Shown in pieces: positions 47,436-57,033 of a stretch of 64,000 nt of DNA. Below the pieces are notes generated by a model, which did not search any database, was not told the origin of the DNA, and saw only the letters and a list, made by a program, of their open reading frames with translations. Both the position numbers and the translations under genes were made by a program. Numbering within the stretch: position 1 is the first letter of the stretch; each line of letters opens with the position of its first letter. This DNA comes from Desulfovibrio sp. UBA6121 (GTDB lineage: Bacteria > Desulfobacterota > Desulfovibrionia > Desulfovibrionales > Desulfovibrionaceae): NCBI GenBank assembly GCA_002422505.1, contig DIVX01000141.1, forward strand, positions 1,191 through 65,190. Direction: 5' to 3'.

Positions 47436-48179
47436 GTGATACCAGCAATTTTTATGCATATTCAAAAGACTGCTGGCACAACTATAGCCAGTCTTGCACG
47501 GAAACATTACGGTCCGGAAAATATCATGACACACGGCGATCATCTGTGTGGTTATTTTGATGCTGTAAATCCAAGCCAGTTCTTTCGCAAAGATGACATA
47601 CTTGCCAGATATCGCGAAAAGCTGTTTATCTCCGGACATTTTGGCTACAGTTTTTGTTCTGCATTCATGGCTGATAGATACTCTTTCACCTTCCTACGAG
47701 ATCCGAAGGAAAGGATTCTTTCTTGCTATTACTTTTTTCGCACACAAAATGCGGAAGAATTCCCTATTTATAAAATTGCGAAAAGCAACTCGCTTGAAAA
47801 TTTTTTGGAGCTGGGGCTTGAACAGTATAACGTTCGAGGGTACATATGGAATGCTCAAGCGTGGCAGTTGGCACATGGATATTGTAATTGTGATGGGAAG
47901 GGATTGCCACAATTCAGCGAAACTGAAATTCAGGATCTAGCATACAAGCATATCAACAGTTTTTCATTTGTTGGAACGGTGGAGAATTTTTTACGGGGAC
48001 GCGACAAGGTCTTTAAGGCTCTCGGTATTCCTTTACCGATAGTGAACCGTAAGTTAAACGCCACAGCCAAACGTCCTGCAGTCAAAGAACTTCCCAAATC
48101 GACACAGTATCTTTTGCACAAGCTTACAGAGTTGGAACAGCCACTTTACGAGTGTGTTGCATCGTCCCAGGCAGACTAA
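47436..48179 (+). CDS. Sulfotransferase family 2 protein
   Basis: FMHIQKTAGTT (5'-PSB loop), ISGHF and TFLRDP.ER.LS.Y (3'-PB). Confidence 0.88.
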   Translation: MIPAIFMHIQKTAGTTIASLARKHYGPENIMTHGDHLCGYFDAVNPSQFFRKDDILARYREKLFISGHFGYSFCSAFMADRYSFTFLRDPKERILSCYYFFRTQNAEEFPIYKIAKSNSLENFLELGLEQYNVRGYIWNAQAWQLAHGYCNCDGKGLPQFSETEIQDLAYKHINSFSFVGTVENFLRGRDKVFKALGIPLPIVNRKLNATAKRPAVKELPKSTQYLLHKLTELEQPLYECVASSQAD

Positions 48180-48250
48180 GGAGCGTTGGCCTCCGGTCTT
48201 TAGTAAGTCAACCATTCCTGGCTTGGAAAGCAAAATGGATCAGGTGCCTT

Positions 48251-49220
48251 TGACCTTCCCCCCGTTTTGTATCACAGCTATACGGTTGTGACTCCGGCAA
48301 AGGAGACTACGAGCATGAGGAAAAGCAGGTTCACGGCAGAGCAGATCCTCGGGCTTCTCAAGCAGTCGGAGGCCGGGCGTCCGGTAGCAGAGTTGTGCCG
48401 ACCACGGACACGACGTTCTACAAGTGGCGTAGCAAGTATGCTGGTCTTGAAGTGTCGGAGGCCCGGTGACTGCGGCTTGAGTAGGCGGACAGGCTCCTCA
48501 AGGGACTGGTGGTCGACCAAGCGCTGGACATCCTGGTGATCAAAGAGGTGCTGGGCCGAAGATGACCGTGCCGCCCTTCGCCGCCAGGCCGTGCGTCACA
48601 TCGTCGAGGCATGCGGCTACTCTGAGCGGCGGGCTTGTCAGCTGGTTGAGCTCAACCAGCTGACGCTGCGGCGTATCCCGCCAGACCGCGTGAGGAACTT
48701 CGTAAGCGCCTGCGGGAGCTGGCCGAGGAGCGCAGGCGGTTCGGGTAAGGCTCTATCTGTTGCTGCGCCGCGAGGAGCTGGTGGTGAACCACAAGTGCGT
48801 TGAGCACCTGTGCCGCGCAGAGGAGCTGTCGTTGTGCTGGAACAATTGCACCAGCGTGGCGAATACCCGAGGCATCTGCTCAGCGACAACGGGCCAGAGT
48901 TCATGGGCAAGGCCCTGGACCAGTGGGCGACCTTGGCCGGGGTGCAACTGGAGTTCATCCGGCCCGGCAGGCCGATGGAGAACGGGCACGTGGAGAGTTT
49001 CAACGGTCGATTCCGCGAGGAGTGCCTGAACGCCCATGCGTTTCGGTCTTTCGCAGATTCCAGAGACATCATTGAAGCCTAGCGGCAGGATTACAACACT
49101 GCCCGGCCCACAGCTCACTTGGCGGATTGGCCCCAAAGGAATACGGAAGAGTCATGAATGAGGAAGACCAGAACAGACAGAGCCCAAACTTACGGGTGGT
49201 ATACTCGGCGGGTAGGGTCA
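48251..49220 (+). mobile_element. Degenerate IS3-family (IS407-like) element with frameshifts and an internal deletion
   Basis: IRL TGACCTTCCCCCCGTTTTGTATCAC; IRR reads TGACCCTACCCGCCGAGTATACCAC on the reverse strand. OrfA MRKSRFTAEQI; OrfB SDNGPEF and PGRPMENGHVESFNGRFREECLN. Only 970 bp long. Confidence 0.9.
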
Positions 49221-49285
49221 GACAGCAATTCAGAACAACAAGAAGTGATGCCAGACGACTTGCATGGTAAGGAGGTTGAGTTCGC

Positions 49286-50947
49286 GTGCTCATACATTTA
49301 GCAAATAAAATCAGAGGGAAATTTGACTTTTTTTCGGAGGGGAAACGGGTTGCCAAGAGTTTAAGTTCCGGTCTAATGTCAAGGAACGGTGCGGATGGTT
49401 TCGAGCTGTTTTGCCAAAGAATATGCGCACAGGGACCACATTTGCTGGCGGATTTGTTCAAAGCTCAAAAGAATAACGACTTCAGTGGTATTCCGCAAAG
49501 ACTGGATTCATTTTTAAACGCAACATTAGACAGAGATATTGTTGATGCTGAGTTTCCTGCCTGCCGGACGATAACCGCATTTTTCAAATCATCCTTTGCC
49601 CAGGTTAAGATGCTATGTTCCATCGCTGACTATGTCGCTTCTGATGGTCCGTCTGACTTTATGCAAAAGGTTGTTACTCACGTTAGAGACAAGGATTACT
49701 TTTGGACTGCCTATGCACGATTGCTGCTTCGGGAGGATAAGTATAGAGAGGCAGCGGATGCTGCATTGGAAGCGAAACGTTGCTATAGTTATTATGACCT
49801 CTGCTTATCCCGCATAGTGAGTGATACGCAAAAAACATTGCTGGCAAATGGGCTTTCCCCAGATTACCCGGTTAACACAAAGGATTATTCTGACCGTTTT
49901 TGCGATGTGCCCTTCTTGAACTGGAGACTGTTGCCTTTTTATAAAGGCACAGAAGATATTATAACTTATGTTTGCTATTGTGCGCCGTGGCTACCAGTTG
50001 CTTTCTTGAATCAGTCGTGGAACAGCGAAGACATGCAGGAATTACGAAAAAGCATTTTGGACGGTAGCTTTAGGTATTGCGACGAAGCGCTTTGCCTTCC
50101 TTTGAAAAACCTTGAACTTCCTAAAAAAAGTGAAGTTGTTGCTCCGTACCTTCGGGATATTATTGAAGGCAACATTACTGAAATGCCTAAAGGTCCGGAA
50201 CATCTTTATCTTTCTCATGATGTCAGTTGTAACATTTCATGTCCATGCTGTAGAACGAAGCCTCATAAACATCCCGATGAGTATATCCAATGGCTGGATG
50301 TCAAGATTGATGAATTTGCAGCACCCCTGTTGCCCGACTTGAAATCAATTCATTTTTCGCAATCGGGAGAGGCTCTTGCCTCAAAACACGGTGTGCGGTT
50401 TCTTAAATCATTGACTCCAAAGAAATATCCGGACCTTAAAGTTGAGCTGCTGACAAACATGACTCTGGTTTCTCCTGAAACATGGGAGAAACTGGGCGAG
50501 TCTGCCGGGTGCATCAAGCGTCTGCATATGTCAATTGATGGAGCAACTCCGGAGACTTTAGAAAGACTGCGTCGTGGATTGAAGTGGTCACGCCTTATGG
50601 ACGCGTTAACGTTTGTGAGGGATCTCAGGAGAAATGGAAAACTTGAGTATTTGTTTTTGATGTTTATCTTACAAAAGGATAACTACACGGAGCTTCAGGC
50701 TCTACTTGATATGGCATCAGAGTATTGTGTAGATGAAATCATGATTGCTCCCCTCGGCCCGGGGGGGGCATACCCTCCTGGTGTGTTTGAGGATGTTAAC
50801 GTTTATGCTTCAACTCACCCCCTTTTTACGGATTGCAGGGATAAAGTTATGCAGGCCAGAGCTTATTATGAGGATATGCAATTACGCCGATCTGAAATAG
50901 AGGCGATGGGAAGTTCTGTGCCAGAAATTTCATGGAGAGTTTTTTAG
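49286..50947 (+). CDS. Radical SAM protein type A (helical N-terminus, N-terminal twitch-like Cys cluster)
   Basis: FCDVPF..CYC..W..WNS..ELRKSILDGSFRYC...C precedes CNISCPCC, followed by SGEAL, TN and SIDG. Confidence 0.88.
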   Translation: MLIHLANKIRGKFDFFSEGKRVAKSLSSGLMSRNGADGFELFCQRICAQGPHLLADLFKAQKNNDFSGIPQRLDSFLNATLDRDIVDAEFPACRTITAFFKSSFAQVKMLCSIADYVASDGPSDFMQKVVTHVRDKDYFWTAYARLLLREDKYREAADAALEAKRCYSYYDLCLSRIVSDTQKTLLANGLSPDYPVNTKDYSDRFCDVPFLNWRLLPFYKGTEDIITYVCYCAPWLPVAFLNQSWNSEDMQELRKSILDGSFRYCDEALCLPLKNLELPKKSEVVAPYLRDIIEGNITEMPKGPEHLYLSHDVSCNISCPCCRTKPHKHPDEYIQWLDVKIDEFAAPLLPDLKSIHFSQSGEALASKHGVRFLKSLTPKKYPDLKVELLTNMTLVSPETWEKLGESAGCIKRLHMSIDGATPETLERLRRGLKWSRLMDALTFVRDLRRNGKLEYLFLMFILQKDNYTELQALLDMASEYCVDEIMIAPLGPGGAYPPGVFEDVNVYASTHPLFTDCRDKVMQARAYYEDMQLRRSEIEAMGSSVPEISWRVF

Positions 50948-51021
50948 TTATCTGTAGAGAGAGGCACGCCACCGCAGAGTACCTCGGATCGTTTTCTAAC
51001 TGAAGTTCCTTGGAGAAAGGC

Positions 51022-52755
51022 ATGTCAGAGGTTGAAGAACTCATTGCGAAATATGGTCCAACTTTTTGTGTAAATCCGTGGAAGCATTTTCATATATGCG
51101 ATACTGGAGTCTGTAAGATTTGTTGTGCAGCCTCTGAGTTGTTGGATGAAGACGGAAAGGCTTTGTCTATATACAGCTCTACGCTTGATGGGGTTTGGAA
51201 TTCTGAGCGAATGCGTAATATCCGTAGGGAAATGGTACGTGGTGTCCGTATTCCAGAGTGCGGAACAGCCTGCAGTTCCGTTGAGTCGGCGGGCGGATTG
51301 AGCTTTAGGCTTCGACAAAATCGACAGTGGGATTCCGGGCGAATAGCACAAGCGAATGTTTCCATAGATGATCTCAAAACAGAGTCCATCAGGAATAACT
51401 ACTATGTCATGCAGATGCCGTTTGATCTCGAGCTAGAGATTGACAATACCTGTAACCTTTCTTGTCGAATGTGCGATGCGGATCGAAGTTCACGTGTAGA
51501 GCGAGATCCTGTTCATAGTCAGTGGTCTGGACGAAAGTATAATTTGGCGACCTGGGACGATAACATTCTTGAAATTGCTCCAAAACGTTTGTTGCAGGCT
51601 GCTTATTGTGGCTTTGTGGAGGTGCCTAGTGCTGACAAGCGAGAAGCCTTAAGCTTTTTGGAGTGGTGCGAGATTACGTTGCTGAATTTAAACCAAACGG
51701 TTGATACAATTCTTTTAAGAGTCGTGTCGCAGTTAAAAAAAACAAAAATTCGTATTTTCCTAAACGATAAAGCTGTTGTTTTGGGGGAGCTAGCTTCTAA
51801 TGTCTCGCAAGAGTTCAAGATTCCACTAGGAACATATTTTGATAGTTTCACGTTACGCTTTGAGTCTGATGCTTCGCGAGAATCTTATGATCCTCTCTTG
51901 TCACCATCCGTTCGCATTGAAAAGATTGAATTACTGAGAATTAATGCTGGCGCTCGTGACAAAGAATTCGTTTTTAGCCGATTCCAGAACAAACAACATT
52001 GGATGTCGGAGGATGAGTTTGTTTTCGGCGAATTACTGCCGAGAACAACACAATTACAGCAGGTTAAGCTTGTTGGGGGCGAACCGCTCATAAACACAGA
52101 TGCATTGAGAATTGTGAAATATCTTGCTTCCCTGGATGATCCAAGCAAGATAAATGTTTCTTTTGTGACCAACGGAACCATCTATAATGAAGAAGTATTT
52201 CAAATTGCCAGCAAGTTTAAGCTGATGATCTCTGCAGTTAGCATGGACGGGGTTGGTCATGTTAATTCATATATCCGGCATGGAACGAATTGGGAAAGCG
52301 TTATAGAGAACGTTCGGAAGATGGTGTCATCAGCCAATGTCTATGTTATGGTCTCTTGCACGCTCCAAGCTTACAATGCATTAGTGCTTGGCGAACTGTT
52401 TCGGTTCTGTGATCAACTAAATCTCCCATGTTTTGCTATTGTAGTTACCCTTCCAACGTTTCTGTCAATTGATATCCTTCCACCTTTCGTACGGAAGGTG
52501 GCTGCACAACGAATGCGCGATTATGCTGAAAGTCCAGACGGAAATCCTGTAACCAAAGCACAGGCAGCAGGGTTAGCCCGTCAGCTTGAGTTGACAGGGC
52601 CTCCTTTCGATCCACAACGACTTCGTGACTTTATGCTGTTCACCAACGACCTAGATCGTTCCAGAGGTGAAAGTGTGCATCAAGCATTGCCAGAGTTAGT
52701 TCAGCTAATTGAGGATGCTGGTTACCCCTGGGAGAATGAGACAAAGTATTCTTAG
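51022..52755 (+). CDS. N-terminal twitch-domain radical SAM protein type B
   Basis: FCVNPW...G.CKICC...WNS..MR..R..M..G....C...C, then NTCNLSCRMC, a long insert, GGEP, TNG, SMDG, YIR.G and LD..R. Start taken as ATG 51022. Confidence 0.9.
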   Translation: MSEVEELIAKYGPTFCVNPWKHFHICDTGVCKICCAASELLDEDGKALSIYSSTLDGVWNSERMRNIRREMVRGVRIPECGTACSSVESAGGLSFRLRQNRQWDSGRIAQANVSIDDLKTESIRNNYYVMQMPFDLELEIDNTCNLSCRMCDADRSSRVERDPVHSQWSGRKYNLATWDDNILEIAPKRLLQAAYCGFVEVPSADKREALSFLEWCEITLLNLNQTVDTILLRVVSQLKKTKIRIFLNDKAVVLGELASNVSQEFKIPLGTYFDSFTLRFESDASRESYDPLLSPSVRIEKIELLRINAGARDKEFVFSRFQNKQHWMSEDEFVFGELLPRTTQLQQVKLVGGEPLINTDALRIVKYLASLDDPSKINVSFVTNGTIYNEEVFQIASKFKLMISAVSMDGVGHVNSYIRHGTNWESVIENVRKMVSSANVYVMVSCTLQAYNALVLGELFRFCDQLNLPCFAIVVTLPTFLSIDILPPFVRKVAAQRMRDYAESPDGNPVTKAQAAGLARQLELTGPPFDPQRLRDFMLFTNDLDRSRGESVHQALPELVQLIEDAGYPWENETKYS

Positions 52756-53080
52756 GAGAGGTCAGTGCAGCTTTTGTGCGGTTTAGGGTGCTTAGGCATA
52801 GATAGTACCTCTGCCTCTCCTTCGGCTTTTCGGGGGGGGCATGCTGTCTTGCGGAGTTTTTAAAGATTAACGTATGCGACCTTACAAATTCAATTTTTCT
52901 TTCCAGCCTGGCAGCTATTGCACAACTTAAAGTAATTCTCGCAGTGATGAGTCTTAAACGGAGGCCAATCGAATCCAGTGGCAGTTGTATTTCAAGTATT
53001 AACTTGCGAATGTTATGGTTGTCCTCGTTCTAAATGGTCTGCTTTTATTTTTCAGAAAGTTATGTAACTGTGGATTAAGC

Positions 53081-53376
53081 GTTTTTTGTAATGTTTATTT
53101 TGCAAAAGGACAACTACACTGAACTTCAGGATCTGCTTGATTTAGCGTCGACGTACTGGGTAGGTGGAATCGTGATTGCTCCGCTCGGCCCGGGGGGGAT
53201 ACCCACTTGGCGTGTTTGAGGATGTGAATATTTATGCTTCTTCGCATCATCTTTTTGAGGACTGCCGGGAATAGGTTCTGCAGGCCAGAGCTTATCTTGC
53301 GAATATGCTGTTACGCCGAAGTGAAATAGAGGCGGCGGGCAGGTCTGTGCTAGAAGTTGCATGGAAAGTTTTTTAG
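53081..53376 (+). pseudogene. Decayed 3' copy of the type A radical SAM gene
   Basis: Colinear with about 50650-50947 (MFILQKDNYTELQ...IAPLGPGG...QARAY...W.VF*), with a frameshift in the G tract and an internal stop. Confidence 0.88.
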
Positions 53377-53384
53377 TTGTATGA

Positions 53385-55052
53385 TGCACGAGTTTGCTGC
53401 ACATGCTCTTTGAGGCTGGTTGGAGAAGGCAGGCATCAAGGCGCTACTCATCGCGCCTGGTCCCCTTGGGAGAACGACTACGGCGAAAGTTTCAACGGAA
53501 AGCTGCGGGACGAGAAGCTCAAGGGGGAAATTTTCTACACGCTGAGGGAAGCTTAAGACGTTCTGGGAATGTGGCGCAAGGAGTGCAATACCATCAGACC
53601 GCACAGTTCGCTGGGGTAATGTCCGCCAGCACCGGCCACCACCTTCCCCTGGATTAAGGCGCTCCCCTTGGAGGTCACGTCTTGCCCCAAGATTAGAGAA
53701 CATCAAACTCGAGTAGCCCTCATTTGGACCGGACATCTTGCAAGCGGAGATAGGACTAGCCCTATCTCCAGACCTTGTGCTAACGGGGAAGCAGTGGTGG
53801 AGGTGCTGGCCACTGTCCACCGTCGACGGTGGACAGTGGCCGAGAAGGTTCAGCTGGACCAGGAGTCGTTGCAGCCGGGCATGAACGTCTCGTACGTTGC
53901 CCGCAGGAACGGCCTCTCGCCCAGCCAGTTGTTTCGCTTCAGGAAGCTCATGAGTGACGGTGGTAAGGCCGCTGTTCAGGCTGACGACCAGGTTGTCGGC
54001 GCCGGTGAAGTCCGGGCGCTCAAGAAGCGCATACGAGACCTGGAGCTGATGCTGGGCAAGAAGACCATGGAGGTCGAAATCCTTCAGGAGGCCATGGAGA
54101 TAGCGCGTGAAAAAACTGCTCTCGCGCACTCCGTTGCCTTGGGAGACGGTTTCCAATGAAGCGTGTCGCCGAGGCGCTGACGGTTTCGCGCTTCAGGCTG
54201 GCGGAGCGGTTGAAAGAGCCCGCCCAAGGGCGTCCACCTCGCTACTCCAAGGCCGAGGACGAGGTACTGTTGCCGCTGATTCGCGACATCATCAACCACC
54301 TGACCTACGGCGACCGCCGAGTTTGCGCCGTGCTGAACCGGAGCCTGAGGCAAGAGGGCCATGCGAGCGTCAACCACAAGCGGGTGTATCGCGGATTATG
54401 CGCCTTCACGGCCTGCTTTTGGCCAGACACAAGGGCTACCGGCTAGACCGCAGCCACGATGGCAAGGTCATCACTCTCAAAAGCAACCTTCGCTGGTGTT
54501 CTGACGGATTCGAAGTTCATTGCGACAACGGCGAAGTGGTGCGGGTGGTCTTCGCCCTTGATTGCTGTGACTGCGAGGCCATGGGGGCCATTGTGACCAC
54601 AGCGGGCATCAGCGACCAGATGGTGCATGATTTGATGCTGGAGTGCGTGGAGAAGCGGTTTGGAGCGCTGAAGGTCCCGCACCCAGTCGAATGGCTCTCG
54701 GACAACGGCTCCTGCTACACGGCCAAGGAAACTGTGGAGTTCGCATCCTTGCTTGGCCTGCTCTCGCGGTTCACGCCGGTGCGCAGTCCGGAAAGCAATG
54801 GCATGGCAGAGGCCTTTATGAATACCTTCAAACGGGATTACGTGTGTGTCCACGCCTGTCCCGATGCGGCAACGATTCTGGCCCAGCTGCCGGGCTGGTT
54901 CGAGGACGATAACGAGAGGCATCCCCACAAGGGGCTACGGATGATGAAGTCGCCAAGAGAATTCATCCGCTCGTCAGCAACCGCAGGGTGTCCGGTTTAG
55001 CGGGGGCAACTCCACAAACATAATGAGTGGTACAACTTCTGGGGGCAGGTCA
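53385..55052 (+). mobile_element. 3' remnant of an older IS3-family element, split by the IS2-like insertion
   Basis: EFAAHAL*GWLE..GIK.L.IAPG...ESFNGKLRDE...EIFYTLREA...NTIRPHSSLG at about 53385-53620. Its IRR GTGGTACAACTTCTGGGGGCAGGTCA ends at 55052. Confidence 0.8.
53709..55014 (+). mobile_element. IS3-family, IS2-group insertion sequence; OrfB frameshifted
   Basis: Imperfect IRs TCGAGTAGCCC...CCGGACA and TGGAGTTGCCC...CCGGACA, with a CAAAC direct repeat at 53704-53708 and 55015-55019. OrfA RRRW...K; A6 slip site near 54110; OrfB RWCSDGFE, WLSDNGSCY and SPESNGMAE. Confidence 0.93.
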
Positions 55053-55290
55053 GCGCATGTGTATTTGAAAATGTAATTTTCCAATATTTGCATAGCTAGG
55101 AATACTTACACGACATGCATGGCTGCGTATCCATATCAGTGAATGTTCTTCATGTATTGCCGATCTGTTGTTTGGCGTGTAGACTCTTAACAGGTGAGTT
55201 ATTATTTATCGTTGGATCGGTTTGTTATGCACAGCAAGAGAAAATGTGACTAGGCAATCCTAATACTGTCCAAACGCCGGGGTCTTCTCT

Positions 55291-57033
55291 ATGTTAGAAG
55301 TTGCTGAGCTCATCGAACGTTTTGGTCCATCCTTTTGTGTGCTACCTTGGATACATTTAGATATTAATATGACAGGAGTATGTAAAGCATGCTGCATGAC
55401 TTTGCCGTTGCGCGATATAGGGAGCGAAGTTCTTAGCGTTTACGAATCATCGCTTGATGATGTATGGAATTCAGATTCTATTCGGGCCATGCGACGCGCC
55501 ATGGTTTTTGGTGAGGAAGTGCCAGATTGTTTAGCAACATGCATCGTAAGGGAAAAGTCTGGCGGTCTGAGCCGTCGGCTAATGGAAAATAGACGTTGGG
55601 AAAATGAGCACGTTGAGAGAAAAGGCGTCAGCATAGCTGATTTAAAGACAGAAGCAATTAAAAACAATTTTCGGATACACTCTCTTCCGGTGGATTTAAC
55701 TTTGGAAGCTGATAATTTGTGCAATCTTGCATGTCGGATGTGTAACCCTGGTACCAGTTCTAGAGTTGAGCATGACTCTGTTCACAAAAATTATGAGAAG
55801 CGGACAATTTCTTTCCCGACATGGAGAAATAATTCATTAGATGTCTTGCCGTTAATGCTATATCGCGTGACATATTATGGTTTTCGTGAATATAACGATA
55901 GTGTTAAAGACAAGGTCGTCTGGATTGCAGGCGCAGCGGAGATTCGTATCGCGCTCATTAATGAATATATCGAATGTTTGGCGATCCGGTTGTCGTCACA
56001 GTCACTGAGTCGAGAAATTCATGTTTGTGTAAATGGTGAACTCGTATACTCGACTGCAAATGGGCAAGCCAACCCTCGTGATATTCTGGTGAAATTGGGG
56101 AGGCACTATGAGGATCTTTACCTTAATTTTGATTGTTGTGATACTTCTGTTAACTCTTCATCTGACGAGCTTGTTGGCTTTGGACTCGAACGCGTTACGG
56201 TCAAGAGAAGTGTGGATAAACTTCCAGGCACGGAAATGTTGTATAGTAGATTTCCTGGAAAACGTCACTGGATTCAGGAAGATGATTTTGTTTTTGGGGA
56301 GCTGTTGACTGATAATGTGCAGTTACAGAGAGTGACATTTTCTGGTGGCGAGCCGCTCATAAACCCAAACGTTTTACGCCTTATCCACCTTTTAAGCAAA
56401 AGTAATAGCTCAAAGCAAATCACTCTCTGCCTAGCTACAAATGGAACGGTTTACAACACGGAAGTTTTTGACTTGGCTAAAGATTTCAGGCTATTGTGTC
56501 TCAGCGTCAGTGTCGATGCCATTGGTCCTGTCAATGAATACATTAGGCATGGCACAAAAATGCAAGAAGTAGAAAGTAATTTGCACAAAATGGCTTTGAC
56601 TAAGAATGTATTTCTAATGATCTCGAGTACTATCAACGCATATAATGTACTAGAATTTTCTAATGTTCTTCGTTTTTGTGACTGCCATGGTTTAGTAAAC
56701 TATGCAAACTTTATAACTAACCCTGACTATCTGAGCATGAATGTTCTGCCTCCGTCTGTTCGTAAAATCGCGTCGCAAAGATTGAACGAGTATGCTGCAA
56801 CTGATGATGGTATTTTAGCCAATAAAAAAAGCGCAATCGCGCATGCCCAGAGGCTAGATCTTCAGGGTCTGCAATTCGATCCGTCTAAATTGCAGAAATT
56901 CATGATTTTTACTAATGATCTTGATAGAAGTAGAAAGCAATGTGTACGCAAAACTTTACCTGAATTAGTCCAACTTCTCGAGTCTGCAGGTTATCCCTGG
57001 GCTGACGAGACAAAGTATTGGGGGGCAATTTGA
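55291..57033 (+). CDS. N-terminal twitch-domain radical SAM protein type B (paralog of 51022)
   Basis: FCVLPW..GVCKACC, NLCNLACRMC, an insert, GGEP, TNG and FTNDLDRSR...LPELVQL...GYPW..ETKY. Confidence 0.9.
   Translation: MLEVAELIERFGPSFCVLPWIHLDINMTGVCKACCMTLPLRDIGSEVLSVYESSLDDVWNSDSIRAMRRAMVFGEEVPDCLATCIVREKSGGLSRRLMENRRWENEHVERKGVSIADLKTEAIKNNFRIHSLPVDLTLEADNLCNLACRMCNPGTSSRVEHDSVHKNYEKRTISFPTWRNNSLDVLPLMLYRVTYYGFREYNDSVKDKVVWIAGAAEIRIALINEYIECLAIRLSSQSLSREIHVCVNGELVYSTANGQANPRDILVKLGRHYEDLYLNFDCCDTSVNSSSDELVGFGLERVTVKRSVDKLPGTEMLYSRFPGKRHWIQEDDFVFGELLTDNVQLQRVTFSGGEPLINPNVLRLIHLLSKSNSSKQITLCLATNGTVYNTEVFDLAKDFRLLCLSVSVDAIGPVNEYIRHGTKMQEVESNLHKMALTKNVFLMISSTINAYNVLEFSNVLRFCDCHGLVNYANFITNPDYLSMNVLPPSVRKIASQRLNEYAATDDGILANKKSAIAHAQRLDLQGLQFDPSKLQKFMIFTNDLDRSRKQCVRKTLPELVQLLESAGYPWADETKYWGAI

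Noticed and set aside
52813-52840. Hairpin after radical SAM B1 as a terminator
   Set aside because: The stem depends on G-U pairs and has no following T tract.
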